Positions 60,706 through 64,000 of a stretch of 64,000 bases of DNA are shown one piece after another (positions within the stretch are counted from its first letter, which is position 1; each line of letters opens with the position of its first letter). The DNA lies in contig CBCYMK010000028.1 in NCBI GenBank assembly GCA_965183875.1, forward strand, positions 37,531 to 101,530. The letters run 5' to 3'. The stretch comes from Flavobacteriales bacterium (lineage in GTDB: Bacteria; Bacteroidota; Bacteroidia; Flavobacteriales; UBA7430). A model generated the notes under the pieces. It was not told the DNA's origin and searched no databases. It saw nothing but the letters and a program-made list of their open reading frames with translations. The translations under genes were made by a program, and so were the position numbers.

Positions 60706-61002
60706 ATGAATGTTAGCGAATTAGATTTAAACTCAGAAGCTCTTTTAACAGCAGCTTCGAAACTGAAAGTGCTAGGGCACCCTATACGAATATCGATTAT
60801 TAGGCTTCTAGAAAATTCTCCTAAACTATCAGTTACCCAAATTTTTAATGCTTTAAATATTGAGCAAGCTATTGCTTCACATCATTTAAATACCCTCAAA
60901 AATAAAAGGATTTTAATTTCAGAACGCGTAGGAAAAAACACTTATTACTCTGTTTCTCATAACAGTTTAATTGATGTCGTAAATAATATCCAGTTGACTT
61001 AA
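60706..61002 (+). CDS. ArsR-family winged-helix transcriptional regulator
   Basis: The internal start MNVSELDL was preferred, because the track's TTG start at 60679 lies inside a TATATTTG box. LKVLGHPIRISIIRLL...SVTQIFNALNIEQAIASHHLNTLK. Confidence 0.75.
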   Translation: MNVSELDLNSEALLTAASKLKVLGHPIRISIIRLLENSPKLSVTQIFNALNIEQAIASHHLNTLKNKRILISERVGKNTYYSVSHNSLIDVVNNIQLT

Positions 61003-61026
61003 TGTTTTTAGACATATTCACTTTTT

Positions 61027-61052
61027 AGCATCTCTCTGAGATGCTTTTTTTT
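61027..61052 (+). terminator. Rho-independent terminator after the ArsR-family gene
   Basis: Stem agcatctc/gagatgct, loop tct, then a T-run. Confidence 0.75.
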
Positions 61053-61100
61053 GGCATATTTTTAGCATACGACAGAACACACAAACATACACATTACCCC

Positions 61101-64000
61101 ATGAAGAAAATTATGTACTTTTTTGTTTACCTCAGTGCTTTAAGCATAGCAGCTCAAACAACCAACGTAAATACCTTACTTAATACCACAAGTAAATTGC
61201 AATTGAGTTTTACCTCTGCTGAGATTCAATTATCTACCATAGAGCATAGAGCCGAATTCTATACGCAGATTTCTGTAGATGGTTTAACAAAGTCTTATGA
61301 TATAGGAAACCCAGATTTACCCGTTTTTAGTAAACTTATTGAGGTTCCTACTTCTGGAGATTTACAAGTGAATATTATAGATTCTTCAAAAAGAACAATT
61401 GACCTAGCTGCAATTGGTTTTCCTCAAGAGATCTATCCCTCACAGGTGTCAGTTTTTAAAAATCAAGACCCTAGTAAAATTCCTTTTACCTATAATGAAA
61501 ACAGCTATTCTTCTAACGAATTTTATTCTCAAGACTTAGTTAAAATAGAGCGTTTAGGAATTATGAGAGGCAAGTCTATTGCGCGTATACAAATAGCTCC
61601 CTTCGCATATAATGCAGTGATTAATCAACTTGAAGTAACTGAAGATTTAGTTTTTTCTGTAGATTTTGAAAATGTGATTAAGCTAGAATCTAAAGCGCTT
61701 AAATCACAGGATTTTGATATTAATTTTTCAAAACTAGTAAACTCTTCTATTGGAGAAAAGCACGAATTCTCTACAAATACCACAGGTATGATCATTCTTT
61801 CAGATCCAATGTTTGAAGAAGATTTACAAGACTTTATAAGCTGGAAAAGAAAAAAAGGCTTTGAAGTAATCGAAGCTTATAAAGGTTCCGAAGAGGTAGG
61901 TAGTACTGTGGAGAGTATGAAAGCATATGTGCAGTCGTTTTATGATAACGCTACAGCTGATAATCCAGCTCCCACTTATTTACTTATTGTTGGTGATCAT
62001 GAACAGGTACCTAGTTTTGATGCAGGTGACCATGTTTCTGATATGTACTATTGTGAGTTCGATGGAAATGGTGATTATTTCCCCGAGATGATTTTTGGTC
62101 GTTTTTCTGCTTCTACAAGTGCCGAATTATTAATTCAAATAGATAAAACTTTACAATACGAACAATATACTATGGCTAATCCGTCTTATTTGTCGGAAGT
62201 GCTTATGGTAGCCGGTGTAGATGGGAATTTTGCTCCTACCCATGGTAATGGACAAATTAATTACGGAACCGATTATTATTTTAATGCTGAACACGATTTA
62301 AGTCCTTACGTATATTTGTATCCAGAAACGAATTCGAATGCTGTCGAAACAGCAATTATTGAGCATGTAAGTCAAGGTGTTGGTTTTGCAAATTATACTG
62401 CCCACTGTAGCCCTGCAGGTTGGTCAGACCCAAGCTTCGAACTGTCTGATGTTGCCGGATTAAATAATGAAGATGAGTATGGCTTAATGGTGGGTAACTG
62501 CTGTCAGTCAAATACCTTTAATGGGGTGACCTGTTTCGGTGAATCTTTATTGAGAAAATCTAAAGGTGGAGCCGTAGGATATATAGGAGGTTCTAATAAT
62601 ACACTTTGGGACGAAGACTATTATTGGGGAGTAGGAAATGGTCCAATTTCGGCTAACCCTACCTACGAAGAAACTGGTTTAGCTGTTTACGATTGTAGTT
62701 TTCACGAAAATAATGAGCAAACTTCCGATTGGTCAATTACACAAGGACAGCTATTGCAGTCCGGTAACTGGGCTGTTACAGAATCGGGAAGTGGTAATAC
62801 ACAGTATTATTGGGAGATATACCATTTAATGGGAGATCCATCTGTATTAACTTATTTTGGTGTGCCATCGGTGCTTACTGTATCGCATCCAGAAGCACTA
62901 GTTGTAGGAATGTCTACTATTGCTGTGAGTACTGAGCAGTATACTTACGTTGCGATTAGTCAAAATGGAGTTTTGTTAGACGCATTATATACCGATGAAT
63001 CTGGGGATGTAACTTTGTCTTTCGATCCACTTAACACAATGGATAATCTGGATGTTGTAGCAACCAAGCAAAATAAGCAGCCTTATACTGGGCAGGTGAA
63101 TATGATGAGTTCTAATGCACCTTATATAGCTTGTTCTTCAATTGCTATAAACGATGGCTTGCTTGGAAATAATGAGGTTGAGTATAATGAAACTTTTTCT
63201 CTTGGGTTGAATTTACAAAATTATGGTGCTGTAGCATCTTCTCCTTTGTCGGTTGATATTAGCTCTTCTAATCCAAATATTACGCTTTCTTATGACTCTT
63301 TAAATACCGATTCTATTCCAGCAGAATCTTTCTTACAGCTAGATGATCTAGTTACTGTGTCTTTAAATGGTAATTTTATGGATCAGGAAATTGTTGCCTT
63401 ACAATTTACTATTGTTGATGAAGATGGAACAGAATGGGTGTCGACAAATAGTTTTGTGGTTAATGCTCCGCAATTAGAGTTTTCTTCTTCGGAATTATCT
63501 AGTGGGAATTCTACAATTTCTTTAGGTGAATCTGTCGACGTAATTTTCACTTTAGAAAATGTAGGGCATGCTACCTGTGAAAGTGGTGGTGTAGCTATTG
63601 ATTCAGAATTTCCTTCTCTAACAATTGACGTGGATGAAGTTCCTTTTTCTGCAATCGAATCTAATAGCCAATACACGGTTACCATACCAGTAACACTAGA
63701 GGAAGATGCTCCTTTAGGAGTACAGTATTCAATCTCTTTAAGTGCGGTTTCATTTGATAATTTTAATGCTGACTATACAGTTGAATTTAGCAGCCCTAAT
63801 TGTTCTCTGGAAAGTGTAGGGGTGCAGATTAATTTAACTTCAGATTATTATGCACATGAAACGGCGTGGACCTTAACGGATGCTGCTGGAGTCGTTGTAG
63901 GTGAGGTTGAATTAGGTTCCTTAAATTCAGAAGAGGTATATGAAGATGTATTTTGTATGGAGCCAAACTCGTATTGCACATTTGCTATAACCGACTCTTA
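61101..64000 (+). CDS. Peptidase C25 (gingipain-like) cysteine protease, 3'-truncated by the window edge
   Basis: Absent from the ORF track because there is no stop inside the window. Hand translation from ATG 61101 through about 62660 is open, and no track ORF interrupts this frame further downstream. Signal peptide MKKIMYFFVYLSALSIAAQ. Propeptide-like GNPDLPVFSKLIEVP. Catalytic-domain motifs YLLIVGDHEQVPSF, ANYTAHCSPAGW (His) and MVGNCCQSNTF (Cys). Confidence 0.85.
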   Translation, partial: MKKIMYFFVYLSALSIAAQTTNVNTLLNTTSKLQLSFTSAEIQLSTIEHRAEFYTQISVDGLTKSYDIGNPDLPVFSKLIEVPTSGDLQVNIIDSSKRTIDLAAIGFPQEIYPSQVSVFKNQDPSKIPFTYNENSYSSNEFYSQDLVKIERLGIMRGKSIARIQIAPFAYNAVINQLEVTEDLVFSVDFENVIKLESKALKSQDFDINFSKLVNSSIGEKHEFSTNTTGMIILSDPMFEEDLQDFISWKRKKGFEVIEAYKGSEEVGSTVESMKAYVQSFYDNATADNPAPTYLLIVGDHEQVPSFDAGDHVSDMYYCEFDGNGDYFPEMIFGRFSASTSAELLIQIDKTLQYEQYTMANPSYLSEVLMVAGVDGNFAPTHGNGQINYGTDYYFNAEHDLSPYVYLYPETNSNAVETAIIEHVSQGVGFANYTAHCSPAGWSDPSFELSDVAGLNNEDEYGLMVGNCCQSNTFNGVTCFGESLLRKSKGGAVGYIGGSNNTLWDEDYYWGVGNGPISANPTYEETGLAVYDCSFHENNEQTSDWSITQGQLLQSGNWAVTESGSGNTQYYWEIYHLMGDPSVLTYFGVPSVLTVSHPEALVVGMSTIAVSTEQYTYVAISQNGVLLDALYTDESGDVTLSFDPLNTMDNLDVVATKQNKQPYTGQVNMMSSNAPYIACSSIAINDGLLGNNEVEYNETFSLGLNLQNYGAVASSPLSVDISSSNPNITLSYDSLNTDSIPAESFLQLDDLVTVSLNGNFMDQEIVALQFTIVDEDGTEWVSTNSFVVNAPQLEFSSSELSSGNSTISLGESVDVIFTLENVGHATCESGGVAIDSEFPSLTIDVDEVPFSAIESNSQYTVTIPVTLEEDAPLGVQYSISLSAVSFDNFNADYTVEFSSPNCSLESVGVQINLTSDYYAHETAWTLTDAAGVVVGEVELGSLNSEEVYEDVFCMEPNSYCTFAITDS

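Noticed and set aside
63383-63685. 100-aa minus-strand ORF
   Set aside because: It is antisense to the open C25 peptidase reading frame.
1-64000. Search for mobile elements, prophage, defence islands, tRNA/rRNA genes or riboswitches
   Set aside because: No transposase, integrase or phage-like translations appear in any listed ORF. No tRNA-like or rRNA-like sequence was noticed. Leaders upstream of ribE, bioB, purD and dxs are too short for the corresponding riboswitches.

Overview
This is a visibly AT-rich chromosomal segment (GC not computed) that reads like a Flavobacteriia (Bacteroidota) genome. The evidence is several proteins with type IX secretion (T9SS) C-terminal sorting domains, TAnnTTTG-type -7 promoter boxes just upstream of start codons, and typical flavobacterial housekeeping synteny. 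Most of the window is core metabolism and translation. Called genes are mgtE, rsmA, serS, bioB, uppP, ftsX, purD, an acyl-CoA carboxyltransferase, lepA, ribE, a futalosine-pathway radical SAM gene, pepA, pdxA, yceD-rpmF-plsX-fabH-accB-accC, dxs, asnS and rpoN. Large surface or T9SS cargo genes sit between them. Two real genes are missing from the ORF track: rpmF (47022-47198) and a gingipain-like C25 peptidase that runs off the 3' end (61101->64000). No tRNA, rRNA, CRISPR array, transposase or integrase was seen. Six regions deserve a second look. (1) A 690-bp non-coding gap between convergent genes (41265-41952) holds two tandem ~310-bp units with nested 9-mer and 7-mer microsatellites. (2) A translationally coupled pair at 22065-24267 encodes an HprK-like P-loop kinase, possibly with a PqqD-like N-terminus, and a nucleotidyltransferase, with no visible substrate gene. 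(3) A module at 53289-57576 encodes an ECF sigma factor, a membrane TPR anti-sigma-like protein and an exported TPR-CHAT (caspase-like) protein. (4) A ~2040-codon adhesin-like gene (25594-31713) is split into three ORFs by two homopolymer frameshifts and contains mosaic, near-identical 303-bp repeats. (5) A ~340-aa module is shared by two different T9SS cargo proteins. (6) A strong terminator hairpin ends 17 nt upstream of plsX. All functional calls rest on motifs read by eye in the translations; no database search was possible.
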